From assembly GCA_051294375.1 (NCBI GenBank), contig JBJCIZ010000631.1:82665-146664 (forward strand): a stretch of 64,000 nt of DNA, written 5' to 3'. Each line of letters opens with the position of its first letter. Position 1 is the stretch's first letter. The notes under the pieces are model-generated. The model made no database searches. It was not told where the DNA came from and saw only the letters and a list, made by a program, of their open reading frames with translations. Origin of the DNA: Paraspadella gotoi (Eukaryota; Animalia; Chaetognatha). A program made the position numbers and the translations under genes. Positions 63,701 to 64,000 of the stretch are shown in pieces.

Positions 63701-64000
63701 TTGAAAAATCGTTTGCCGGTTTTTTTTAGGTTTTTATTTCTTTTATATTGGAAAAGAAGTTTTGCTAGTGTTTTACGTTTTTATCTCTTTTACATGGAAA
63801 TGTCGTCTGCCGGTGCCTATTATAACGTTTTTATCTCTTTTTAACAAATGAAAAAGTGTGTTTTTTGATTTTTTTTAACAGTTTTTAGGCTTTTTTGTAC
63901 ATAGGAAAAGTCGTTTGACAGGTTTTTCAATCGTTTTATTTCTTTTTTATTGAAAAAGTTGTTTGCCAAAGTTTTTAACGGTTTTATCTCTTTTTACATT
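54735..64000 (+). repeat. Satellite array 2: same ~49-bp family, without the 160-bp spacer
   Basis: Same monomer variants and orientation as array 1. No ctgtcctcac or aacctcgatgatg spacer motif was seen in 9.2 kb. The array runs off the window end. Confidence 0.95.

Overview
Repeat-dominated, AT-rich, apparently eukaryotic (animal-like) heterochromatic DNA from a gap-filled assembly. It has six N gaps and several visibly noisy long-read stretches. I find no intact host gene; almost all ORF-track entries are by-products of a T-rich satellite or (CT)n/(GA)n tracts. About half the window (8.3-32.4 kb and 54.7-64 kb) is a ~49-bp satellite with higher-order structure. In the first array it is punctuated by a ~160-bp spacer that is clearly homologous, in inverted orientation, to the core of a Helentron/DINE-1-like non-autonomous element at ~37.0-37.8 kb. 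Other notable items: (i) a 2.4-kb foldback element (4660-7063) whose ~1.18-kb arms are a higher-order repeat of (CCCTAA)2-containing subunits; (ii) two related minimal hammerhead ribozyme motifs (3984-4025 minus, 32962-33005 plus), the second lying inverted beside a Penelope-like linker/GIY-YIG coding fragment; (iii) both ends of a second Helentron-type family; (iv) a degenerate LTR-retrotransposon integrase; (v) a 440-bp insertion with 116-bp terminal direct repeats whose empty site is also in the window. All comparisons were made by eye, so boundaries are approximate unless motifs are quoted.
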